A stretch of 64,000 nucleotides of DNA from a bacterium. Its GTDB lineage: Bacteria; Calescibacteriota; Calescibacteriia; Calescibacteriales; Calescibacteriaceae. The translations under genes and the position numbers were made by a program. This document shows positions 27,375-36,273 of the stretch, one piece after another. Each line of letters opens with the position of its first letter. The stretch's first letter is position 1. The stretch covers positions 18,180-82,179 of the forward strand of contig JAUQOU010000003.1 of the NCBI GenBank assembly GCA_030550715.1, given 5' to 3'. Under the pieces are notes generated by a model. That model was not told the DNA's origin. It made no database searches and worked only from the letters and a program-made list of their open reading frames with translations.

Positions 27375-28337
27375 TACCATGCAAAAGCAATACAAAAAAA
27401 TTATCTCCCCAATGACTGTTCAAGTTCGCATATCTACAAAGCCGACGGCGACTTTACAATAAAAATCTATGTATATGATGACAATAAATTCGCTCCCTAT
27501 CCTCTTTCATCTTACGCAGAAGTAAAGATAGGAGTTTTTATAAGAGGTTCTCCCCCGAAAAACTTCCCACCAATAATAGACGGATTCATAGAAAAAGTAG
27601 GAAATGAAACTGTTACGACTACTATTGCAGCAGGAATCAGTCCGCTCGACATTTCAGTTCTGATAGCAGTACAAGACCCAGAAGGAGATGATATAAAAGA
27701 GTTATCAGTAGATTGGGGAGATGGAAAAGCAGACCTAATTCCTGCAACCGGTTCAAAATACTTTACCAGAAGGTCGCACACATATGAGAACGGAGGAATT
27801 TTTCAAATAACTGTATCAGCAAAGGACTCTTTCGGGAAAAAAAGCGTGAAGAAGATAGCAACTGTATCTGTTGCAAAAGAAGCTCCTATAATATCTGTTG
27901 AACCAAAAGACCAAAATAATGAGGATCCATCACAAAAAACATATGCTAATTCAGCAACAATAGAAAACTATATAATAACTTTTGATGTTTCTTTATACCG
28001 CGTCTTTATTCTTATAGAAGGCAATAACCTTCCCGGTGGAGGACAAGAAATTTTTATAAAAGAGATTTACCCATCAGCTATATCTGGTCTTAAAACCAAT
28101 ACTTACTCGTTTTCTGCAACTTACGCGGGCGATTACAAAGTCACATTCTATGTTCTGTCTGATATAGATTTGGATATACCGAGCGAAATCTACTGTTCAT
28201 TACCTGGGAGCTGTTTTAATAATTACTGCCAAGGTGAAGCAAAAAGCATTTCGCTTTGTACCTCATATAAAGGGAAACTGGAAAATGCAAAAATAAAAAA
28301 TTCAAGTAGTTTTTCCTTCAAAGTGATCTACCAATGA
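27375..28337 (+). pseudogene. PKD-domain protein frame lacking a start codon for its first 157 codons (5'-truncated remnant or frameshifted gene)
   Basis: The frame is open from 27375, just after TAA at 27372-27374, to the stop at 28335-28337. The ORF track begins only at GTG 27846. The upstream in-frame part reads ...SSSHIYKADGDFTIKIYVYDDNKF... and ...DPEGDDIKELSVDWGDGKADLIPATGSKYFTRRSHTYENGGIFQITVSAKDSFGK..., which are clear PKD-domain signatures. I saw no ATG, GTG or TTG in frame between 27375 and 27845. Confidence 0.55.
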
Positions 28338-28420
28338 AATCAGAATGATAAAAATCCATCAGGTCAAAAGTTTTAAAATTCATCAAAAGATAAAAGTCAG
28401 GTATTATAAATTGAATAATT

Positions 28421-29542
28421 ATGTTAAGAGTTGGAATAATTGGCATTGGGATTTCAAGACAGGAAGAGAAATCTCCGCTTTCTGATATTGACATAGCAAA
28501 GGAGGCGGTAGAAAAAGCAATAAAATACGCTGAAATTTCTCCAGAGGAGATAGATTATTTTGTTGAGTGTTCTTTCTCATCGCACAACAAAATTTCTGAC
28601 CTTGTAAGAAAATTGAATTTGAAACCCAAGTCACATACATTCTTGAGGAATATAGATGGAGCTTTTGGAGCAACCTATGCGGTTATGAAAATAATGAGCG
28701 GAGAAAGCAAAATAGCTCTTGTTGTAGGATATGGTAAATCATCAGAAACAGATATGAGACATCTTTCTGTAACATATGCGAGGTTAAATTACCTTGGCAA
28801 AACAGGGATAGATTTTATAAACTTCACAGCACTTCAAGCAAAGGCGTTTATGGATAGACTCGGAATAGGGGAAGAAGAGCTCGGGATAATAGTCATAAAA
28901 AACAGGAGGAACGGAGCAGATAACGAAGACGCTCACATAAGAGAAAAAATAATACTTGAAGAAATTCTCACATCTCCTTATGTAGCTGAGCCGATAAGGA
29001 AACTTATGATGCCTCCAAAAACAGACGGTGCAGCAGCTATAATATTCGCAAGAGGAGACATAGTGAAAACAAGAGAAAAAAGAGCATGGATAGACGGGTT
29101 CGGAGTAAATATAGGTCCGTACTATCCGGGGTACGAAGATATAGCTCACCTCAATTCTTTGAGGTATGCGGCAAGGAAAGCTTACAAAAATTCAGGAGTT
29201 AAAAATCCGAAAAGAGAAATAGATTTTGCTGAGATAATGGAGTGTTTCCCTCACATAGAGCTTATGTCTATTGAGGCGCTTGAACTTGTTGCAGAGAAAC
29301 GTCTTGTAAAACCCATTCACGACGGCTCATTCCTGAAAGAGGGAAAATTACCAATAAATCCATCAGGAGGTGCTATATGCGGAAATTCCCCTGGTGCCGT
29401 AGGACTTATAAGAATGATAGAGATAGTCAAAAGGTTAGTAGGAGATAAGATGGATATAAGAAAGTCCCTGAGGCGTGGAGTAGCCAACGCTTGGACTCCT
29501 TTTCATCAGTATAATGTCGTGTGGGTTATAGCAGGTGAATAA
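28421..29542 (+). CDS. Thiolase-fold protein (SCP-x/archaeal-type thiolase-like) lacking the canonical catalytic Cys/His
   Basis: 373 aa. The thiolase-like N-terminus is MLRVGIIGIGISR... and the C-terminal motif is INPSGGAICGNSPGAVG. The position of the ACASG nucleophile reads NIDGAFGAT, and GHP reads GNS. Confidence 0.7.
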   Translation: MLRVGIIGIGISRQEEKSPLSDIDIAKEAVEKAIKYAEISPEEIDYFVECSFSSHNKISDLVRKLNLKPKSHTFLRNIDGAFGATYAVMKIMSGESKIALVVGYGKSSETDMRHLSVTYARLNYLGKTGIDFINFTALQAKAFMDRLGIGEEELGIIVIKNRRNGADNEDAHIREKIILEEILTSPYVAEPIRKLMMPPKTDGAAAIIFARGDIVKTREKRAWIDGFGVNIGPYYPGYEDIAHLNSLRYAARKAYKNSGVKNPKREIDFAEIMECFPHIELMSIEALELVAEKRLVKPIHDGSFLKEGKLPINPSGGAICGNSPGAVGLIRMIEIVKRLVGDKMDIRKSLRRGVANAWTPFHQYNVVWVIAGE

Positions 29543-29547
29543 CTTTT

Positions 29548-30222
29548 ATGGGAACAATATTTTTTGACCTTGACGGAACTCTTGCCGATACATCAGAAGA
29601 TATTTTTATATCACTCAACAAAACCCTGAGAAAGTTCAATATAAAAGAGATTGATTTTGATGTGGTTTTATCTTATGTAGGAGACGGAGTAAGACCTCTT
29701 ATACAGAAAATCCTGAAACAACTCGGAGCAGAGGAAAAAGAAGAAGAGATTTTAAAAGATTTCATTTCAGAGTACAGGAAGAACATAGCGCACAAGACAT
29801 ATATCTATAAAGGAAACACAGAGCTTATATTCAAAATGAAGAGGAAAAATCACAAGGTGATTCTCACCACGAATAAGAGCCACAAACTAACCGTTTCGCT
29901 CTTATCATCTCTTCACATAGCTCAAATTTTTGATGGCATAGTCGGTGGGGACACTTTTGATGTCAAAAAGCCGGAAGCAAAACTTCTTGAAAAAATAGAG
30001 CAAACTCTAAAAATTAATAGACCAACGCTTGTTATAGGCGATGGTATAAATGACCTCGTGTTTGCTGAAAAAACAAATTCAATTTTTCTCTTTGCGAAAT
30101 GGGGGTTTCTTCCTCAAAGGGTAAAAAAATTCATCGAAGAAAATAAAATAAGCATAGAGGTAATAGAAGCAGAAAACCCACAAGACGCAGAAAAAAAATT
30201 AAAAAGTATAGGATGGTTATAG
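29548..30222 (+). CDS. HAD superfamily hydrolase (phosphoglycolate phosphatase-like)
   Basis: 224 aa with motif I FFDLDGTLADT, motif II LTTNK and motif IV GDGINDL. Starts 5 bp after the thiolase-like gene. Confidence 0.8.
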   Translation: MGTIFFDLDGTLADTSEDIFISLNKTLRKFNIKEIDFDVVLSYVGDGVRPLIQKILKQLGAEEKEEEILKDFISEYRKNIAHKTYIYKGNTELIFKMKRKNHKVILTTNKSHKLTVSLLSSLHIAQIFDGIVGGDTFDVKKPEAKLLEKIEQTLKINRPTLVIGDGINDLVFAEKTNSIFLFAKWGFLPQRVKKFIEENKISIEVIEAENPQDAEKKLKSIGWL

Positions 30223-30245
30223 CAAACAGGACCTTCCGGAATTAA

Positions 30246-30746
30246 TCAGAAATCATCTCCAAATGGACCTTTTACCTCGTTATCCTCATCGGTAACAACA
30301 TAGTATGAAAAATTTCTATCTCCATCTAAATCGCACCTTGCTATAATTGTTATATCTATATTTGCTGTTGATTCTACTTCTTCTCTATCAGATGGGGAGG
30401 CAGAAGCGGGATTAGAAGAGAAATTTCCTCTTGCGACTGCGAAATCGCAATAAGTTCCACCCTTAACATCAAAATTGAGTTCAGAAGAAAAGCAGTTTGT
30501 GTCTGACCACACCTGTTTATTTTTTCCAGCAGAGCCGGGATACCACCCACATGTTATATATTTACCTTTTTCCGTTTCCCGAACCTCTTCAAGATGAGCA
30601 ATAGAAGGCAAAATAGCTTTCACCTCAGCTACCTTTGATTTATAGACCAACTTTCTGTATTGTGGTATAGCAAGAGAAGCCAAAACAGAAATTATTATCA
30701 AAACTATTATAACCTCAAGAAGAGAAAAACTCTTTCTTTTCATCAC
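30246..30746 (-). CDS. Type IV pilin-like protein (class III signal peptide)
   Basis: 166 aa. The basic leader MMKRKS precedes FSLLEVIIVLIIISVLASLAIPQY, which has the conserved Glu at mature +5 and the hydrophobic alpha1 helix. Four Cys lie in the globular part. The start is GTG at 30746 or ATG at 30743. Confidence 0.75.
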   Translation of the reverse strand: MMKRKSFSLLEVIIVLIIISVLASLAIPQYRKLVYKSKVAEVKAILPSIAHLEEVRETEKGKYITCGWYPGSAGKNKQVWSDTNCFSSELNFDVKGGTYCDFAVARGNFSSNPASASPSDREEVESTANIDITIIARCDLDGDRNFSYYVVTDEDNEVKGPFGDDF

Positions 30747-30830
30747 AAATAAATTAATCCCCGAATTGCAAAAATTTATGCAAAATTGAAGAAATTTTCG
30801 CTTTGTATTTCTGCGGAGCTATTTTTTTGT

Positions 30831-32078
30831 TCAATCAATCTGGTCGCGTGAGATAAGTTCATCTAAAGTTTGTCTCCTGCGAGCGAGAAAAAATTTATTA
30901 CCTTTTATAACTACCTCAGCAGGAAAAGTTCTGCCGTTATAATTTGAAGACATAGAGGAAGTATAAGCACCAGCGTAAAGGACACATAAAAACTCTCCTT
31001 CTTCTAAATCTGGCAAAAGCACATTTTGTCCAATATAATCTGAATTCTCGCAAATTGGACCAACAACATCAAAAGTTTTTTCAGAATCGCCCTGAGTCAA
31101 AGGAATGATTTTGTGATAAGCTTTATAAAGTGGGATTCTCAAAATTTCTGTCATTCCAGCATCAACTATGAGAAAATTTTTCGTAGGTGTTTTCTTTTTT
31201 CTTATAACTTTTGTGATGAGAACGCCTGATGGAGCAGATACAGCTCTTCCTATTTCAAAAATTATTTTATATCCTTCATCTGCGATTGGTTTGAAAGAAT
31301 CAGCATAATCTTTGAAAGATGGTTCGGTAAGATTCTCGTAATCTAAACCGAGCCCTCCTCCGACATCTACCCACTCCAATTTTATGCCTTTTTCTTTGAT
31401 TTTTGATAAAAATCTGGTAGCGAGTTCAACTGCCTTTCTGAATATCTCAATGTCTTTTATTTGTGAGCCGAGATGGAAGTGCAAACCTTTTGGGTATATC
31501 TTACTTTTCAGAGCATCTTCATAAAGCAAAAGTGCTTCTTCTTCCGAAAGCCCGAACTTTGAATCCTTCTTACCAACTCCTAAATAAGGATGAAGTTTTT
31601 CAAGTTCAACTTCAAACTTAACGCGGAAAGAGACACCAAAATTGAGTTTGCCTCCGTTTTCAGAAAAAAGCTTTTTCACAAACCTGTATTCTGATTCGCT
31701 TTCTATATTGAGAAGAAGTATTCCTTTTTGATCTGCCTGCAATATCTCCTCGTTTGTTTTTCCTATTCCTGAAAATACGATTTTTTGGGGAGAAAAACCT
31801 GCCTTTTCTGCTATAAATAGCTCTCCACCTGATACGACATCTGCTCCGAATCCGTTTTGAGAAGCTTCTTTAAGAAGTGGAACGACGGAGTTAGATTTCA
31901 GAGAAAAGCATATGAGTTTTTCGTAATCTGCGCATTTGGCTAGTAATTTTAAACGTCCTAAAAATTCGTCAGCGGAGTAGATGAAAAGAGGGGTTCCAAA
32001 CTCCTCAGCTATTTTTCTCAGATTTACTTCTCCCCAGTTCAGCTCTCCGTTCTTATATTCAAGGTTTACTATCATCAA
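30831..32078 (-). CDS. lysA: Diaminopimelate decarboxylase
   Basis: 415 aa with the PLP-lysine context FSLKSN, HFHLGSQ, DVGGGLG, EIGRA and GPICENSD. Confidence 0.9.
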   Translation of the reverse strand: MMIVNLEYKNGELNWGEVNLRKIAEEFGTPLFIYSADEFLGRLKLLAKCADYEKLICFSLKSNSVVPLLKEASQNGFGADVVSGGELFIAEKAGFSPQKIVFSGIGKTNEEILQADQKGILLLNIESESEYRFVKKLFSENGGKLNFGVSFRVKFEVELEKLHPYLGVGKKDSKFGLSEEEALLLYEDALKSKIYPKGLHFHLGSQIKDIEIFRKAVELATRFLSKIKEKGIKLEWVDVGGGLGLDYENLTEPSFKDYADSFKPIADEGYKIIFEIGRAVSAPSGVLITKVIRKKKTPTKNFLIVDAGMTEILRIPLYKAYHKIIPLTQGDSEKTFDVVGPICENSDYIGQNVLLPDLEEGEFLCVLYAGAYTSSMSSNYNGRTFPAEVVIKGNKFFLARRRQTLDELISRDQID

Positions 32079-32081
32079 AAA

Positions 32082-33065
32082 TTAATGAGACACTTCAAAT
32101 TCAACGCCCTCGAAAATATCTTTTGGTATATCAAGTTCTTTAAGTTTTCCTGCTTTTTTAGCGTAGAGAAGTTTTTTAAACTCAACCCTTATAGTTGCTG
32201 CGTCTACCATTTCGCCATCTATTGCGAGAGCCCAGGCGCCTTTTTCTTTCTCAACCCTTCTATATTCTTCAATTATCTTTAAACTCCTTTTTATATCCTC
32301 ATCTGATGGGGTGAAGACCTCGTTAACTATATCTATTTGGTTTGGATGTATGACCCATTTCCCATCGAAACCGAACCTTGCAGCCCATTCGGCGTCTCTT
32401 CTTGTTGCCTCAGCGTCTTTAAAATCAAGAGTGACGCAGTCAATCGCGTCAAGCCCATATGCCTTTGCGTGAATCACAACTGCCTGCTTGGCGTAAAGAA
32501 AGTTTATATGCTGATCCCTTTTCATCTCACGAGCTCCTATTGAAGCAGAAAAGTCAGCGACACCGAAAATAAGCGCCTCAAGACGAGGAGACACCTCGCA
32601 TATTTCCTTCAACCTCACAAGCGCCTGCGCTGTCTCTATAAGAACCTCAAGACCTATTTTTCCCGGCTCCAAACCAAGTTTCCTTTCAAGCTGAGTAAGA
32701 AGTTGGTCAACAGTAGCTATTTCTTCTGGACCGTATATCTTTGGGAGAACTATTATATCTATATTATGTCCCGCGTTTGTGACAACATAAATAATGTCTT
32801 CGTACCAGTATTGAGTTCTGAGGTTGTTTGGTCTGAAAGCTCTGACCTTGCCCTTAAAATCAAGCGTGTTGAAAGCAGAAACAACGAGCTCTCTTGCTTT
32901 CTCTTTCTCTGCTGGCGGAACTGTATCCTCAAGGTCAAACATTACCCAGTCAGCATTAGATTCGGCAGCTTTGGTCATCATCTTCATGCTGTTTCCTGGA
33001 CAGGTAAGCTCCGACCTTCTGACTCTTACGGGTTTTTTTCTTTCATAAAAGTGCCAAGCCCACAT
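32082..33065 (-). CDS. HpcH/HpaI aldolase / citrate lyase beta (CitE)-like acyl-CoA lyase (malyl-CoA lyase-like)
   Basis: 327 aa with RRSELTCPGNSMKMMTKAAESNADWVMFDLEDTV and later DFSASIG and KWVIHPNQI, typical of the CitE/Mcl family. Has a strong SD. Ends 3 bp before lysA. Confidence 0.75.
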   Translation of the reverse strand: MWAWHFYERKKPVRVRRSELTCPGNSMKMMTKAAESNADWVMFDLEDTVPPAEKEKARELVVSAFNTLDFKGKVRAFRPNNLRTQYWYEDIIYVVTNAGHNIDIIVLPKIYGPEEIATVDQLLTQLERKLGLEPGKIGLEVLIETAQALVRLKEICEVSPRLEALIFGVADFSASIGAREMKRDQHINFLYAKQAVVIHAKAYGLDAIDCVTLDFKDAEATRRDAEWAARFGFDGKWVIHPNQIDIVNEVFTPSDEDIKRSLKIIEEYRRVEKEKGAWALAIDGEMVDAATIRVEFKKLLYAKKAGKLKELDIPKDIFEGVEFEVSH

Positions 33066-33089
33066 AACTTTCTAATCCTCCCTCCATCA

Positions 33090-33111
33090 ATAAATCAGAT
33101 ATAAATCAGAT
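33090..33111. repeat. Perfect tandem duplication of an 11-bp unit (ATAAATCAGAT x2) in a divergent promoter region
   Basis: Read directly: ATAAATCAGAT at 33090-33100 and again at 33101-33111. It lies between the CitE-like gene (start 33065, minus strand) and the methyltransferase gene (start 33187, plus strand). Confidence 0.9.
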
Positions 33112-33186
33112 AGTAAAAACTAAAAAAGATATGTCTAAAATTTCAGTTATTTTTTCAAGCACATAAAATATTAGTGTTCAGAAAAA

Positions 33187-34089
33187 ATGAGAGATGATAA
33201 AAAAGAAGAACTTTACCACAAACTCATAAAAAAAGAGAAAGAGAAAAGAAACTTGATATGGGGAGACAAAGATGAAAAATATATCCAAAAGATAGTTCAG
33301 GAGTGGATAGATGATGATGAAAATTATGACGGAACAGTAAAATTTTTAGAGAGAAGAATAAATCTCAAAGATAAACTGATTTTAGATTTCGGAGCAGGAT
33401 ACGGGACCGCACTCCTTTACTGCCTTAAAAAAGGATATAAAGCAGTAGGGATTGATATATCAAAAGATAGTGCGAACTTTTTCAGAGAAAGAGTCAAAAA
33501 ATTAAAATACGAAAAATTATGGCTTTCAAGATATGTTCTGAGCGAAGGCGAAAACCTCCCTTTTAAACCCGAATCTTTTGATGTAGTTATTTCAAACCAA
33601 GTAATAGAGCATGTAAATGACCCGAAAAAATGTGTTATGGAAATTTTCAGAGTTCTGAAAGATGGGGGAATACTGTACCTCAGAGCTCCCGATTACTCTC
33701 TTAGTTTTTATGAACCTCATTACAGAATATTCTGGACCCCGATATTCAACGGGCGAACAAAATTATCTCTTATGCTTACAAAAATATACCTCAAAATTCA
33801 GAACAAACCATCTGCTGGACTCAAATATCTCAATTTCATAACAAAAAACGAGCTCATCAGGACTTTGAAAGACGCAGGATTCAGCCAAATGATAGACCTT
33901 AATAAAGAGATAATCTTCGCTGATAGAGAGAGAAAAATAAAAGAACTTTTTAAGAGATTTGGAGTAAAAAAAGAAAATGGTTTGACAGAAAAATTCATCA
34001 AAGTTTTAAATCAACTTTACGAAATCATACGGCAGATAAGAATGATAGGGAAAGAGGAAAATCAGATACATGTGTTAGCGATAAAGTAA
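33187..34089 (+). CDS. Class I SAM-dependent methyltransferase
   Basis: 300 aa with motif I ILDFGAGYGTALL, GIDIS, and FDVVISNQVIEHV followed by LKDGGILYL. Confidence 0.8.
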   Translation: MRDDKKEELYHKLIKKEKEKRNLIWGDKDEKYIQKIVQEWIDDDENYDGTVKFLERRINLKDKLILDFGAGYGTALLYCLKKGYKAVGIDISKDSANFFRERVKKLKYEKLWLSRYVLSEGENLPFKPESFDVVISNQVIEHVNDPKKCVMEIFRVLKDGGILYLRAPDYSLSFYEPHYRIFWTPIFNGRTKLSLMLTKIYLKIQNKPSAGLKYLNFITKNELIRTLKDAGFSQMIDLNKEIIFADRERKIKELFKRFGVKKENGLTEKFIKVLNQLYEIIRQIRMIGKEENQIHVLAIK

Positions 34090-34116
34090 TTTAATTTCAA
34101 AAAAATTTATTTTGAG

Positions 34117-35337
34117 TCAGGATTTCAGGGCAACAATACCAGGAAGTTCCTTTCCTTCTAAGATTTCAATAAAAGCACCTCCACCTGTTGATATATAAGA
34201 TATTCTGTGTTGTTCTCCCATTTTAGTGATAACGACATCTGTATCTCCACCACCGACGAGGGTATATGCGGTAGAGTTAGCAAGAACTGACACTATGGAA
34301 TAGGAACCTTTTGCGAACTGTTCTTTTTCAAAAACTCCCATAGGTCCGTTCCAGACGATTGTTCTTGCATCAGCGAGCGCTTCGCTAAAAAGAGTTATAG
34401 TTGCAGGACCTATGTCAAAAGCAGCATAACCATCTGGTATTTCATAAACAGGAACAACTTTTATATCGTTGCTGTTTATATCTCTTGCTATAACGCAGTC
34501 CACAGGAAGATAAAGCTTAATACCTTTTTTCTTCGCGTCATCAATTATTTCTCTTGCAACATCAACAAACTCTCTCTCAACGAGGGAATTTCCGACATTT
34601 ATTCCCATAGCCACAAGAAAAGTAAAAGCCATAGCTCCACCTATAATTAACTTATCAACAAGTGAAAGAAGGTTTTTCAAAGCACCTATTTTATCTGATA
34701 CCTTCGCTCCGCCTACTATTGCAACAAAGGGTTTTTTCGGATTGAGAAGAATTCGCTGTATAGCAAGGAGTTCCTTTTTCATAAGTATCCCTGCAAACCT
34801 TTTTTCAACGGGAAACAAAAGAGCAAGAGCATATAAAGAAGCATGTTTTCTGTGCGACACTGCAAATGCATCATTAACATATATATCTGCCTCTACTGAA
34901 TTGAAAATTTCTCTTGCGAACTCTTCGGAATTCTCTGTTTCACCAGGATAAAACCTCACATTCTCACAAAGAATCACATCGGATTTTGTTCTCACAGCTG
35001 CCTTTACTTTTTCACCTATGCAGTCATCTACAAATAGAACATCTTTTTCAAGAAGACGAGAAAGACGTTTTGCAACAATACTCAAAGAAAGTCGTGGGAC
35101 ACGTTTTCCTTTCGGGCGCCCCATATGAGACAGCAAAACAATCTGACACTTTTCATCAAGAAGATAGTTTATTGTAGGAAGAACAGCTCTTATTCTGCGG
35201 TCATCTAATATCTGCCCTGCCTCATCTATTGGCACGTTAAAATCAACTCTCATCAGAACACGAGAACCTCTCAGATTGTTCTCATCTACAAATCTTACAC
35301 CCTCTACTATATCAAGCTTCTCTTTGAAATTCGCCAT
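34117..35337 (-). CDS. pgk: Phosphoglycerate kinase
   Basis: 406 aa with [26 protein letters not shown] and STGGGAFIE. Has a strong SD. Confidence 0.95.
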   Translation of the reverse strand: MANFKEKLDIVEGVRFVDENNLRGSRVLMRVDFNVPIDEAGQILDDRRIRAVLPTINYLLDEKCQIVLLSHMGRPKGKRVPRLSLSIVAKRLSRLLEKDVLFVDDCIGEKVKAAVRTKSDVILCENVRFYPGETENSEEFAREIFNSVEADIYVNDAFAVSHRKHASLYALALLFPVEKRFAGILMKKELLAIQRILLNPKKPFVAIVGGAKVSDKIGALKNLLSLVDKLIIGGAMAFTFLVAMGINVGNSLVEREFVDVAREIIDDAKKKGIKLYLPVDCVIARDINSNDIKVVPVYEIPDGYAAFDIGPATITLFSEALADARTIVWNGPMGVFEKEQFAKGSYSIVSVLANSTAYTLVGGGDTDVVITKMGEQHRISYISTGGGAFIEILEGKELPGIVALKS

Positions 35338-35462
35338 ATAAAAAATCCCCTCCTCCCCTCAAACCCTTACATAAAAAAGACAAACAAAAATTGACAATTT
35401 AAAGAAAAAATGAGATAAAAATCAAGAAAATTTTAATCTATTCAGTCATTAAATTTTCAAGT

Positions 35463-36221
35463 ATGCTTGAAGTGAAGAACATAGAGACGGTTTACTACGA
35501 TAGATTATATGTTCTCAAAGGTGTATCTTTGAAGGTAGAAGAAGGTAAGATAACCGCTGTGATAGGTCCAAACGGAGCGGGGAAGACAACACTTCTAAAA
35601 TCTATAATGGGACTTATAAAAGACCAACCGAGAAAAGGTGAGATAATTTTTAATGGGAAAAACATAACAAGGAAAGAGCCAGAGCACATAGCATCTTTGG
35701 GAATACAGCTTGTTCCAGAAGATAGAGGGGTATTTCCCGAGCTCACTGTAAAGGAGAACTTAGAGCTTGCAGGGTGGAGCGAGAGGAAAGACGGCAAAAA
35801 CCACTATATATTTGATTTATTTCCGAACCTCAGAGAAAAACTTTCTGAAATCTCCAATAACCTTTCTGGCGGAGAACAGCAGATGTTAGCAATAGCACGA
35901 GCTCTGCTGAAAAATCCAAAACTCCTTATGCTTGACGAACCATCTCTCGGACTTTCTCCAAAAATAACTCTTGAACTCTTCTCCATCTTAAAAAGGTTAA
36001 ACCAACAAAGAAATCTCACGATCTTAATAGTGGAACAGAACGCGAAACTATCTCTATCAATAGCAGATTACGGATATGTTATGGAAAACGGGAAAATAGT
36101 TTATGAGGGAAGTTCAAAGGAATTGATGGAGACAGAAATCATTCAGGAAATATTTCTTGGAGGGAGCATAAAGACCCCGCAGAAGGGATGGCAACTTTAC
36201 AAGAGAAAAAGAAGATGGTAA
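35463..36221 (+). CDS. ABC transporter ATP-binding protein, branched-chain amino acid LivF-like (orphan)
   Basis: 252 aa with Walker A GPNGAGKTT, signature LSGGEQQM and Walker B LLMLDEPSLGL. The N-terminus (MLEVKNIETVYYDRLYVLKGVSL) is LivF-like. Has a basic C-terminal tail. No permease or binding-protein genes are adjacent. Confidence 0.8.
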   Translation: MLEVKNIETVYYDRLYVLKGVSLKVEEGKITAVIGPNGAGKTTLLKSIMGLIKDQPRKGEIIFNGKNITRKEPEHIASLGIQLVPEDRGVFPELTVKENLELAGWSERKDGKNHYIFDLFPNLREKLSEISNNLSGGEQQMLAIARALLKNPKLLMLDEPSLGLSPKITLELFSILKRLNQQRNLTILIVEQNAKLSLSIADYGYVMENGKIVYEGSSKELMETEIIQEIFLGGSIKTPQKGWQLYKRKRRW

Positions 36222-36273
36222 ATTTACATATCTTTATTATCTGCTGAACAGGTGCTACATATTTAAAAAAGCT

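Noticed and set aside
30747-30830. A possible sigma-54 (-24/-12) promoter upstream of the pilin gene.
   Set aside because: Only two TTGCA elements 11 nt apart are present. The invariant GG of the -24 box (TGGCAC) is absent. The only TGGCAC I noticed, near 24089, is inside the sbcD coding sequence and is not followed by TTGC.
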